A stretch of 48,435 bases of DNA, taken from a virus. Lineage: Duplodnaviria; Caudoviricetes. The translations under genes were made by a program, and so were the position numbers. The DNA lies in the IMG/VR virus record IMGVR_UViG_3300006851_000001, positions 1 through 48,435 of that record. The stretch is one strand, 5' to 3'. The notes below the pieces were generated by a model that worked only from the letters and a program-made list of their open reading frames with translations, had not been told where the DNA came from and searched no databases. Numbering within the stretch: the first letter of the stretch is position 1; every line of letters begins with the position of its first letter. Below, in pieces: positions 17,501 to 26,491 of the stretch.

Positions 17501-20500
17501 ACTCCCTCGCCCCCCGTTTTGGTCATCCCTCGCAGTGCGGTGGGGATAGCGATGTACTCGGTGCCCGTCTTGGAAGTTTTCAGCTCCCCCACCATCGCCC
17601 TGACCGCCGCTCTGTCTAGGGGGAGGGTGTCAGAGAGCGCTCTTCTGGCAGCGTTCACCGGGAGCTGTTCAATCCGCGGGCGAATCTCATCTTCAATATC
17701 GGACAGCTGCCCCTTGCGCTCCGCGTCAATCATCCGGCGCAAGGAGTTCATCACTCTCGCTCTCAACTTCTCTTTCGCCGAAAGAACCGCGCTCTCTTCC
17801 GAGGCTTTTCGTTCTCTCGCTTCCGGAGTGTCGAGGTCTCCAAGCAAACCCTCATGCTCTTCGGCGAGTTTCCTCGCTCGCAAAGTAGCTTCAATCTCTT
17901 CGTCAGAGGCCAGTAGCCTGTCGAAAACCCCTCTCACGGTATCGTCGATTGGGGTGTCTAGGGCACCGACCTCTTTGTAAACCTGCATCATCCATGAGGA
18001 GATTTTTCTAAAAGGCTCTCTCAGCTCTGCGCTAGGAGAGACCCCCTCCATCGTGTATGCCTCGAATGCTCGCGCGATGAGTTCGTGCCTCGCCACATAC
18101 ATGGCAGAGTCCACCGCTGCGTCGCCGGAGGTACCCTCGACGAGGTACCGTCTGAAATCCTCGGGTGAGACCTCCCCTTTTGTGCTTCTCTTTTTACTCT
18201 GACGGAGCCTCGCCGTCATCAGTTCTTGCTGTTGGACGTTCGAGGGGGACATCGCGGAGTTATCCCATATCACGAAGTTAGTCTCCCCTGATACAGGGCT
18301 TGTGAACTCCGCCCCGGGAATCCCCATCCCCATGAGGAACTCAGATGCCTGCTGTCTTCCTCCAAGCTTCAACGCCATGTAGCTGTAGAGCTCGCCCGCA
18401 TCCATCTCGCTGGGCTGCTTCGCCAAGTCTCCCTGCACGGCTTCCGCTCCTTCCGCGAGTTCGAGGAACCTTAGCTGAGCTTCGAGGACCTCCACGCGGG
18501 AGGGGTCTCCGTCTTCTTTCGCCCACGCAATGCGACGTCTCTGTTCTGCCTGTGCCTCCTCTCGGCCTAGGTTCGCCAGCAGCTCTGCCGCACGGAAGTA
18601 AGGACTGTCGCTGCCGATGAGCTCTCCGTCCACTTGATACCCTTTGACCGGCTTACGAGGGGCAAAGAGGTCGTAGACAGTAAGTAGCCTCTCCCTGACC
18701 CAGTCGGGCTGCTCGCTCACTGGAAGGTCTTCCTGAATCAGAAGGCTCGACTCTGGAACTTCGGCTACAGTGACTTCGCCTTTCCCTTCCTTGGCTTTCG
18801 CAGCTTCTCGGTACCACTCCGCCATGGATTCTGTCTTGGTGAAGTACACACCCCAGTGATTTCCTCCTCCGAAGCCTTCCCCTGAGGAAGCGGCTTCAGC
18901 CGAGAACTCCATGAGAATCTTAGAAGAGGCATGAAACGCTCTCTGGTTCAGCTCAGGGTCCGCCAGTTCTGCCAAGATACTATTGGTCTCCGAGGCTCCC
19001 GCCTCCGCATTATCCACCAGCCACTTAGTGACTCTCAGGTCGATGTCTGACCCGCGGGATTCTCCCTCGAGCATGAAGTGGGCGAATTCGTGCAAGAACG
19101 TGGTGAGGTTAGCCGCGTCCGTGAGACGGATGATGTTGTTCTCGGGCTCGTAGTATCCCCGGATTTCAGCTGAGTCTGCCCTTTGGAAAAAGAAACCAGA
19201 CGCGAGGATTGACTCTTTCGCCCTTTCCGTGATTCGGAAAGACGCTCTCCCATCCTCGCCTACTGTAGGGAAGAACACAGACTCTTCCGCTCCTAGACCT
19301 TTGAGCCACGCCTTGACTTCCGAGGGGACGTCAGCACTTACAATGGTGTCCACGCCCTCGACTACCGCGCGGACTGCGACACTTCTCGCAGCAGAGATAC
19401 TGGTCAATGGGGCATCCATTGCGACGGTCTCACTCGTGACGTCCGTTACTAAAGTTACTTCTGCCTCCGAGAGAGTCACAGAGTCAGTCACCGCAGCCAA
19501 GACTTCCTCCCTCGTCACCGGGGTTCTTACGCCCCTGAACACTGAGCGGAGGCCGGTCCATCTGAGCTCTGCGTCAGTCAGTTCTCCTGCCTCGACCTTC
19601 CCTTCGAACCACTCAACCCACTCGCCAACGCGAGCTTCAGTGGGAGAGTCGCCGCTCTCAAGAAGCTCGGCGGAAGGAGAGTACCTCACCTCGTGGTCTG
19701 CCAACGCGTAGGAGCCCGCGTCCTCTTTTTGATAAAGTTTCCCGAGGGACTCTTCTCCGGATAGCTTCCTCTCGAAGGTCTTCCGCATCAACGGGACGGG
19801 GAGGGAGTCGTCATTTCTCCCTGCCTCACTCACCCACTCGGGGAGAAGCCCTACCTTTTGTTCGGCGTAAATAGTGTCGTCTTTCGCGGTGCGGTTATGC
19901 TCTCCGTGAGGGCCATAGTTCACCCACGAGTTCTGCCCCCGCGTCTCAGAAGTCATCGCTCTTCGGGCTAGGGGAGAGTACATGGACGCGTGCGCTCTCC
20001 ATGCGTTCTCCTCGCCAGCCGCTCGGAAACCAACTCCCTCTTTCGCGTGGCCGAAGTAATCGTGTACTGCACGGAAAACGTCGTTCGCCAGAAGCGGGAC
20101 TCCGTTGATGTCGCGATATTTAGTCTCGCGGACCATTGGGTTGTCGGAGGGGTCGAGCACCGTGTCAGGCCCATACCCATCTTTGGTGCCGAAGATATAA
20201 AGGTGGTTGTTGTCCCGGACGTCTTCGATTGCTCTGCGGGGGTCCCCGCCATAAGCGTCGCCCTTAGACATATCCATGATTTCAATCTGGACCCCCGCCT
20301 CCAGCATCGCTTCATACTGAGCGAGTGTTTCCTCAATCAAAGCGTCATAAGCTGCTTTCACTTCGGGGTCGTTGGGGCGGTGCTCCATCTCTCCGTAGAG
20401 ACGAGCAATCTCCTCCGCCCAAGACACGTTGACTTCAGCATAGTGTGCGGGAGGGTCGTAGGGCATCCCCGCTTTCTGCATGTAAGCTTCAGCCACCGCT

Positions 20501-23500
20501 GCCACTTCGGGGTTGTGGGCAGCACCCCGTATGCGAGGGAGTCCCACCAAAGACCCATCCGCTTGCCTTTCTCCTGAGGTCTTCACTCCTCGGTTTCGAG
20601 TGTCCCACTTAGTTCTGGTGTCAGGGGTGTTTCTGGCGAAATTTGCCAAGGTCTCTTGGCTGTCTGAGGCTGCGTACCCCTTGAAGTTTCCAGAGTCCCA
20701 AATCTGGTGAACGTACTTGAAGTGGCGTTTTAGCTCTGCGACCAGCTCTGCTTCGTGGACTTGATTCGCTTTCATCCCCGTCAGGACGGTCTCCGCTTTC
20801 TCTTGCATATCTTTCTCTGAGAAAGTCTGACGCTTGAATGAATCCTTCGCAGCTTCGTGAGCCTTCCACTCCGCATCTTCAGTCACTACTTTCTCTTGGA
20901 AAATGGCAATCCCGTCTTCTTTCGTCAGCTCCTTAGTCCTTGCGATATGCGCTCTTCTGTCCGGGCTTATGAATTGGAAGGTCATCGCTTCGTGGACGAT
21001 GTCAAATTTCTCGCCCTTATTATCCCAATACCGAACAGGGGTCCCGTCCGATTCGGTCCAAGCCACTTCACCCGCACGCTGGTAAGGGTAGAAGCCTAGA
21101 GCTCCGTGCTCGAATCGAGCCCCTTCCACCCTAGAGATTGCGTTGAAAGTATCTTTCATTCCTAAGTTTGGGTCTAGGGAAATGGACTTAATCTTCCCGC
21201 CAGACAGAGAACTCAGGCTCTTCGCCTGCGTACCTTGGGATGCCCCTATGTCGAGGAAAGTCGCTCCGTCGCCAAAAGTTTCGAGGAGCCCCAGACCTAT
21301 CGCGTATTGGAAGTCACGGTACCCCGGAATCGACTGGGCGATGTGGTCATCGAAATGTCCTGCATGTCTCAGGTACTCTTGGTGGTACCGTCCGAACCGA
21401 GTCTCAGGGTCATTTATCGTTTCCGCGAGCTCGGAAATCTGAGGCAAGAACTTAACCTCATCCGGGCGACCGTGCTCACCTCGCGCCACTCCCTCGAAGA
21501 ACCCCATCGTCGCTTCGCCCGTGGACTCATAGCTAGGTTCGAACGTCACCACGTCAGGAGTGCCAAGGGATTCAGAGTCCCACCCTGAGGGTGCCAGTTC
21601 TGAGTCGAAAGCCTCTCGGGACGATTCTACGAAACCTCCCTTCTTGATTTTCTCACGGAGGGCTTCTACCTCAAATCCTGTGAACTTGGTAGCGCCGTGC
21701 GCTCTTGCGTGAGCGAGTGCGTCCTCCAGCACCGAGGTCGACTCCGCCTCTGGGTGCTTGAACAATCCCACCACTTCGCCTTCGGCGTCAATCGCAAATC
21801 CTGAGCGCTGGTCTTCGGACACGAAGAGACGGGCCCCCTTGAGGGCCGAAGAGGACATCCGGTCAGCAAACACTGCGCGGTCCCCTTGTGCATCGAGGGC
21901 TTCGTTCTGAAGTTTAGCGAACCTTTTCCTTGCCCGGTCGGTGTCGTCCATCTGTCGGAATCTTCGAGGGTTAGGGTCTCTCTGGGTGAGAGCGCCCTTC
22001 GGGACCGGGCTTCTGCCCGTCATGGGGCCGAGCACGCGGAGGAAGTTACCCCCTCTGGTGAGCGCCTCTTCTGGAGAAATCCCCGATGAGCGAGCCTTCT
22101 CCATCACGTAAGCCGAGACAACCCTCCCCATTACTTTTGCTTCGGCCTTAGAATATCTGCCTGACGTCAACAAATCTGAGGTCACTCTCGCAGTGACTTC
22201 TTGGACTTCCTTCGCTAACTGGGCGCTTTCCTTACTGGTTTTCACCAGCTCTTCCATCGCCTCACCAAGGTTCCTCGCCTCACGGTAAGGAGAGATTCCT
22301 CCCTCATCGGTAGTGAACGCTTGGCTTAGTTTCTTCGCATGGGCAGAGGGGGCGATTTGAGTAACGAACTCTGTTCCTGTAAACGAGAGGTCCGTCCCCC
22401 CGTCTTGCGTCCTCTCTAGCCTTTCCTGCATATCTCTCAAGAGAGGGTCAGCCTCTATCTCCTCTCGAGACCTCGCTTGGAGATACTCGGTCGCTGCTTC
22501 TCTGTCGAGCATGATTGTGATGTCGTCTCCTCCGAGGGACTTCACTGTCTGCCTGAACGCAGTGGGCGAGCGTCGGGCCATCTTCGACTTCTCTGCCGCA
22601 TTCATGAGCTCTCGAACCCTAGGGTCTCGGGCGGGGAGGCCCTCCGCCGGAGCGGCTTGGGCCTCTGAGGTTTCAGGACCCTGACCCGCGGGAGCCTCCG
22701 CCTCCGCATCCTCCCCTTTCAGCACTAGGAGGTCGCGGGCTTTCCCGGCCCCTGCGCCCGCGAGAGCGAAGCTTCCATCAGAGATTGTGGACGCCACAAG
22801 AGCAATCAACTGCTTGTCGAGCTGGTGGTGTGCCCACCCCGCGATGTCTCCCTCGGACATCATTCGGTGAGCCTCTTGGTCTATCTCGTTCCACGTGTCG
22901 TTGAGTCCTAGCAAGAGGGCGTCGACCTGCATCCCTATCCCGCTCGATAGCAGAAAGGACGCCAAGTGGTCCTTGAGCCGGTCTCTCACCGTCTGAGAGG
23001 CTAGAGGCACGGAGCCTTTCGCCACGTTCGCTATCCCCTTTTTCATGATAAAACCGCCCGCTCTTCCACCGATAGCTTCTCCTACCGCAGTGGCTACTCG
23101 ACCTGTGGCTCTCTGGTAGGATTGTCTCCCGGGCGCTCCCCTAAAGACCCTTGCGAACGCACCGAAAGGAATGAGGCTCGTCGCTCCGTCGATGGTTGCC
23201 GCGGTTCTTGCGTACGAGTCCGCCCGCTCTATCGCTACGTCCTCGCTGTACCCCTGCTCAATATAGGTACTCAGTCCTCTGCCGAAATGGTCAGCGTAAG
23301 AATTGTGGTAGGTGATTGATGTCCCTAGTACAGGTCCCGCGTAGGGGATTAGTGACGCGACCATCGCGGGGCCCTCAGTTGCCAGCCCCGCGATGCCCAT
23401 CCTCGCCCCCTGTTGAAACCAGTTCAGATTCATAGGAGTAACGTTCTCTATCTTCTCATCGGCTTCCTGCCACTTCTCTGAGTATAGCTTGAGGGCGTCA

Positions 23501-24219
23501 CTTCGCAGTCTCTCGAACTCCTCAGGGGTTTTCGGGTGGAGGCTGACGTCGTCCGGGTCCTTCCCTAACTCCGACAGCAAGTCACTGATTATCAAGTCTT
23601 GCGTAATAAGCCCCAACTGAACGTCCGACCCCACGCTCCCCGTCAGAGGATTCTCATTGCCCTCTCGTGTCAGGAACTCGTGGTCTCTCCACAACGAGAG
23701 TCGCTGCCCAAGGTCCCTCTGCTCGAACATCAGTTGAGTCTCTCGGCCCAGACCTCTGAACGTCTTGCCAATGGAATCTAGGAGACTATACTCGCCGAAC
23801 GACGGCACGCCTATGTCCGGGTTATTCGCAAGAAGTTCGGCCGTTCGCGGATGATTCACCGCAAGAGAGTGAGCCGCGTGAATCTCATCCTCGGACGACG
23901 CCTCGAATTGTCGAGCGAGGGCCGGGTCTCTTTCAAAAGCATCAGGGGAGACGCCTGTCCTTTGACTGAGCTCGAGAAGCTTCGAATACTCATCGACGTC
24001 TTTCCGAGAAGCCGCAAGCGCCATCCCCTCGAGCCCGCCTACGAGCTCTTTCTCGATGGCCTCTCGCCCAGTCTCGGTCGCAGGAATCTCCACTTCCGAT
24101 TCGGAGAGAGGGGATTCGACGGTCTGGGCTTCCTCTAGTTCTAGCCCCTCTCGTGTTTCAGGTTCTTCTCTGTCAAAGAGGTCCCAGTTCACTCCCGTAG
24201 TGTCTTGGTTTTCAAACAT
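14578..24219 (-). CDS. Giant internal virion/ejection polyvalent protein (3213 aa)
   Basis: Third of the ejection-protein genes. Contains an LPD22-like region, GNAT-like, CmoA-like SAM-binding, FRAVHDYFGH, HEFAH zincin and ART-like motifs (see findings). Confidence 0.85.
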   Translation of the reverse strand: MFENQDTTGVNWDLFDREEPETREGLELEEAQTVESPLSESEVEIPATETGREAIEKELVGGLEGMALAASRKDVDEYSKLLELSQRTGVSPDAFERDPALARQFEASSEDEIHAAHSLAVNHPRTAELLANNPDIGVPSFGEYSLLDSIGKTFRGLGRETQLMFEQRDLGQRLSLWRDHEFLTREGNENPLTGSVGSDVQLGLITQDLIISDLLSELGKDPDDVSLHPKTPEEFERLRSDALKLYSEKWQEADEKIENVTPMNLNWFQQGARMGIAGLATEGPAMVASLIPYAGPVLGTSITYHNSYADHFGRGLSTYIEQGYSEDVAIERADSYARTAATIDGATSLIPFGAFARVFRGAPGRQSYQRATGRVATAVGEAIGGRAGGFIMKKGIANVAKGSVPLASQTVRDRLKDHLASFLLSSGIGMQVDALLLGLNDTWNEIDQEAHRMMSEGDIAGWAHHQLDKQLIALVASTISDGSFALAGAGAGKARDLLVLKGEDAEAEAPAGQGPETSEAQAAPAEGLPARDPRVRELMNAAEKSKMARRSPTAFRQTVKSLGGDDITIMLDREAATEYLQARSREEIEADPLLRDMQERLERTQDGGTDLSFTGTEFVTQIAPSAHAKKLSQAFTTDEGGISPYREARNLGEAMEELVKTSKESAQLAKEVQEVTARVTSDLLTSGRYSKAEAKVMGRVVSAYVMEKARSSGISPEEALTRGGNFLRVLGPMTGRSPVPKGALTQRDPNPRRFRQMDDTDRARKRFAKLQNEALDAQGDRAVFADRMSSSALKGARLFVSEDQRSGFAIDAEGEVVGLFKHPEAESTSVLEDALAHARAHGATKFTGFEVEALREKIKKGGFVESSREAFDSELAPSGWDSESLGTPDVVTFEPSYESTGEATMGFFEGVARGEHGRPDEVKFLPQISELAETINDPETRFGRYHQEYLRHAGHFDDHIAQSIPGYRDFQYAIGLGLLETFGDGATFLDIGASQGTQAKSLSSLSGGKIKSISLDPNLGMKDTFNAISRVEGARFEHGALGFYPYQRAGEVAWTESDGTPVRYWDNKGEKFDIVHEAMTFQFISPDRRAHIARTKELTKEDGIAIFQEKVVTEDAEWKAHEAAKDSFKRQTFSEKDMQEKAETVLTGMKANQVHEAELVAELKRHFKYVHQIWDSGNFKGYAASDSQETLANFARNTPDTRTKWDTRNRGVKTSGERQADGSLVGLPRIRGAAHNPEVAAVAEAYMQKAGMPYDPPAHYAEVNVSWAEEIARLYGEMEHRPNDPEVKAAYDALIEETLAQYEAMLEAGVQIEIMDMSKGDAYGGDPRRAIEDVRDNNHLYIFGTKDGYGPDTVLDPSDNPMVRETKYRDINGVPLLANDVFRAVHDYFGHAKEGVGFRAAGEENAWRAHASMYSPLARRAMTSETRGQNSWVNYGPHGEHNRTAKDDTIYAEQKVGLLPEWVSEAGRNDDSLPVPLMRKTFERKLSGEESLGKLYQKEDAGSYALADHEVRYSPSAELLESGDSPTEARVGEWVEWFEGKVEAGELTDAELRWTGLRSVFRGVRTPVTREEVLAAVTDSVTLSEAEVTLVTDVTSETVAMDAPLTSISAARSVAVRAVVEGVDTIVSADVPSEVKAWLKGLGAEESVFFPTVGEDGRASFRITERAKESILASGFFFQRADSAEIRGYYEPENNIIRLTDAANLTTFLHEFAHFMLEGESRGSDIDLRVTKWLVDNAEAGASETNSILAELADPELNQRAFHASSKILMEFSAEAASSGEGFGGGNHWGVYFTKTESMAEWYREAAKAKEGKGEVTVAEVPESSLLIQEDLPVSEQPDWVRERLLTVYDLFAPRKPVKGYQVDGELIGSDSPYFRAAELLANLGREEAQAEQRRRIAWAKEDGDPSRVEVLEAQLRFLELAEGAEAVQGDLAKQPSEMDAGELYSYMALKLGGRQQASEFLMGMGIPGAEFTSPVSGETNFVIWDNSAMSPSNVQQQELMTARLRQSKKRSTKGEVSPEDFRRYLVEGTSGDAAVDSAMYVARHELIARAFEAYTMEGVSPSAELREPFRKISSWMMQVYKEVGALDTPIDDTVRGVFDRLLASDEEIEATLRARKLAEEHEGLLGDLDTPEARERKASEESAVLSAKEKLRARVMNSLRRMIDAERKGQLSDIEDEIRPRIEQLPVNAARRALSDTLPLDRAAVRAMVGELKTSKTGTEYIAIPTALRGMTKTGGEGVDPDVAARALGYTSGEEMLRDIIDSPSEKTMLREEAEAILKERHGDPISDGTLSSMAETILADEMAAEVLLKRLSSLRRSQAVETRRQMREMARKKIGGMSFREIKPMAYRRAEVRAAREAGQAHARGDREAEATALTKQLLAHYMAAEAEKARAGIENIRAWSSRFGKTSLRREIAKSGGGHLEQIDSLLSRFELRKTATMAQVEAKNQQIAMWAEERMSTYGDALVLSPEALDSSYVTHWKDVPFEVLEGVRDSIKNIEHVARYSNKVKLAEETMAHEAVVDRLTSAWERLPKVHEDSLRETVERRTGVRRKVAWGMAQLTKMSWLTKKLDMGEAAGFSHEVFMQPFTDAWDHSQRLYKAVGEPVVNALRNRTKEDHARHQKLHYIPEIKESLYGHQILAVALNVGNEGNLRKLLLGEGWAHPDNPDSISLENPKLRAVLSKMTKSDWELVQLIWDQMELLYPALADVHQKTTGLRPPRVEATPVTTEFGEFRGGYYPVKYDSVRSRKAADFQERADAMADSWFTPGGIQASVVASATETRTGFYAPIRLSLDVVSSHFGETIHFITHHDAVRQTNRLIRDPKVMKTLRERIGPEEAEQFMPWLRDIAKQGQEAPMKTFLDAAVQHLTTGATLTYMGFKISTGLRQFPGFSNSAAEVGWGNILQGIRAMFRSPEDMQSGIEWAMANSKILPHRVASFDREVAKTIQSAAQRGKKSVLDPVRDVALLHIGLIDLYTLSLPTWYGAYIKEMKASGDEAKAFRYADAAVEMTQGTARIADTAALMRNNSPVHRSLTMFMSWFSAMWNQVRDIRDGQRLGYYSMVETAAKLAFVISLPALLDLWIMGDFMPEEDEGTGEWAARLALYMGMFPLAGIPGGRDLVSALGSGYEYRLSPIEGIVSDGLDGILAGGRQIFSEDPKPMTRGEVKGLVRAAMAVAHIPGGSQTTASIFHLYDVLEEGEEMTFQGLAYGKRGE

Positions 24220-24224
24220 ATCGC

Positions 24225-26006
24225 CTACTCAGGTAATTGGTCTAAAGTTAGATATAGCAACTGCAAGTTTCTCGGAGACACTACTAGTCCTCGGTCTCGG
24301 AGCATCTGGGCCAGACCCCGATACAGCCTGCTGTTAGGGTCGTTCAACCTCTCTGCTTGCTCTCCCCCTCTCACCGAGACGGACAGAATTGTTCGGCTGT
24401 TCACAGGGAGGTCGTTTGCGCGTAGCCACTCTGTGTTGTTTTTAACTTCTTCGGGTGATAGCTGGCCCACGTTGTACTCCCGTGGCCCTCCTAACCCAAA
24501 CCACGTTCTGCCTCCGAGGGTCTGGCGAGCAGTCACGTCGTCCACTATCTGCATATACTCTTGTGAAGAAAGTCTCTTGTTAGGCTTAGCCATCGCCGCC
24601 GCTCGAGTCTCTTCTTGTATGATTCTGTGCAGCTCTGAAGCCTTCTCTTTGGTCGCCCTATTCCAGTTCGACGAGGGACCCAGAATCGTCTCCACCCGCT
24701 GTTGAGTGTACCGTGCGTTCGAAACACTGATTCCGGGTTCCACCACGAAACCTTCCGGCTCTCGGGAGGAGCCCGGGAGGAGCCCCTTGTCGGATAGAAT
24801 TTTCCTGCGGAGGTCCATGATTTTCTTCCGCTCAGGAATCGCTAAGGTTCGGGTCAGCTCATCGACGCTGATGTCCACCAGAGCGTCGCCCATAGCTAGG
24901 TACCGGTTGTATTCCGTCCAGTCAGTCGAAGTGACTTTTCGGGTACGGACGTCCTGCTTCTGTGACTCGGTGAGAGAGTCCCATTGTTCCGGGAAGTTTG
25001 TAATGAATTCGCCCAGAGAAGCGTCAGGGTCTTCCCTGAAATACTGTTCCGCAATCTCAAATGATTCTGCGGATTTCTCTTCTCTCGCATTCTTGTAGGC
25101 GGAGTATAGACGGAGAACTTCAGGCGTCACTCTGGCAGCTAGGTCTTTGTCCCTCATCCCTACGATATAGTCGAGGATTTCCCCTTGGCTGTCGAACCTT
25201 TGCACTAGCTGGTGGGCGAGAGCGGTCGCGTTCGCGCTTTGAACAATTTCCTCTTCTCGCTTCTTAGCTTGGGCAAGTTCTCGGAGGACTCTCTCCCGTG
25301 TGTCCTTGTCCTGAATCTTATCGCCGTGCTTGTCGAAAATTTCCTTTGCGGGACCGTACCCTTGATTCAGGGCTCCGGTGATTGCGTTTGAGTAGAACCG
25401 AGAGTCGTAAGCCCTTAGCTGGCGCTTGACCTCCTCTGGGTCGTCCACCCCCTGCTCCTCAAGCAAAGCTACTAGCTGCCCTCTCCCTGCGAGGAAGTTC
25501 TCGTGGCCAGTCTGCTCGTCGAGCAAATTGTGATTGTGATATGCCCAAGTGGTCTGGTTGTCCACCAACGCTTTAGTGGCTGTCTCTCTCCAGACTCTGA
25601 GACCTTTGATGCCGTGAGTGTCCACGCGCGTAAAGTGGTCAAGATTCTTTTTCGCGATGGCTCTCTCATACGCTTTCCTCGCAGGACCCGACAGTTCTCT
25701 TCCGTACGCCTGCTGTATCCCGGCGATTCTCTCTTTCGTGACCTCCGCGTTCCGGAACGCAGACTCCCCTTGCGAGTGATAGTACCCGGTCTCTGGGTTA
25801 AAAAGGAGCTCTCTCACCGCCGCGTCCGCGTTCGCGAGAGCAGTCTCCGCGCTCGCCTCTTGGGCCATTCGTGTAATATCAGTTCCGGCCTTCACGATTG
25901 ACGATGCCGCAGAAGTTATCTCTTGCGCACCCACGTTAGGGGTCTGTATTTGCTGAGCTCTCGCTACTTCCGGGGATACCGTATGTCGCTGGACTCTAAG
26001 AACCAT
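24225..26006 (-). CDS. Internal virion (ejection) protein
   Basis: Helical 593-aa ORF between the small ejection protein and the giant protein; LLFNPETGYYHSQGESA is typical of this slot. Confidence 0.75.
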   Translation of the reverse strand: MVLRVQRHTVSPEVARAQQIQTPNVGAQEITSAASSIVKAGTDITRMAQEASAETALANADAAVRELLFNPETGYYHSQGESAFRNAEVTKERIAGIQQAYGRELSGPARKAYERAIAKKNLDHFTRVDTHGIKGLRVWRETATKALVDNQTTWAYHNHNLLDEQTGHENFLAGRGQLVALLEEQGVDDPEEVKRQLRAYDSRFYSNAITGALNQGYGPAKEIFDKHGDKIQDKDTRERVLRELAQAKKREEEIVQSANATALAHQLVQRFDSQGEILDYIVGMRDKDLAARVTPEVLRLYSAYKNAREEKSAESFEIAEQYFREDPDASLGEFITNFPEQWDSLTESQKQDVRTRKVTSTDWTEYNRYLAMGDALVDISVDELTRTLAIPERKKIMDLRRKILSDKGLLPGSSREPEGFVVEPGISVSNARYTQQRVETILGPSSNWNRATKEKASELHRIIQEETRAAAMAKPNKRLSSQEYMQIVDDVTARQTLGGRTWFGLGGPREYNVGQLSPEEVKNNTEWLRANDLPVNSRTILSVSVRGGEQAERLNDPNSRLYRGLAQMLRDRGLVVSPRNLQLLYLTLDQLPE

Positions 26007-26018
26007 GACTCTTCCTCT

Positions 26019-26489
26019 CTAAAATAAAGAAGCAACCCCAGTTGCCGCCCCTAGCCCCGAAGAGATTCCGCCCGTAACACCTCTCATTCGCGCGAGTCTC
26101 GCGTTATTCCGTCCCGTCAACAAAGTGTTCCTCGCTGACATCTGGAGGGCTTCCGATTGGTCAAGGTAATTCTGTCGAATCATAAGGGCATCTGCTTGCC
26201 CTGCGGCAAATTGGTCCTCTTGCAGAGATAGTCCTGTCCCGAAATTGACATCAAAACCCGACCCCGCGAGCTGCGCCCTCTGCGCTGAGATTCGCTCATG
26301 GAGGTCCGCTCGGAACTTATTCTCTTCAAAGACTCCTTTGTTCTCTACCTTGCGAGCCTCAATCTCTTGGAGCCTTGCGTTATACCGCGCGGTGGCGTTT
26401 TCCGCTTTCGCTTGTTGCTCTCCCATGTAGACGTTGAGCCCCATCATCGCGACTCCCGCCCCCACCCCTGCTGCTATAGGTCCGCACAT
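26019..26489 (-). CDS. Internal virion protein (T7 gp14-like)
   Basis: Start MCGP at 26489; Gly/Ala-rich termini and QRAQLAGSGFDVNFGT motif. Confidence 0.8.
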   Translation of the reverse strand: MCGPIAAGVGAGVAMMGLNVYMGEQQAKAENATARYNARLQEIEARKVENKGVFEENKFRADLHERISAQRAQLAGSGFDVNFGTGLSLQEDQFAAGQADALMIRQNYLDQSEALQMSARNTLLTGRNNARLARMRGVTGGISSGLGAATGVASLF

Positions 26490-26491
26490 GA

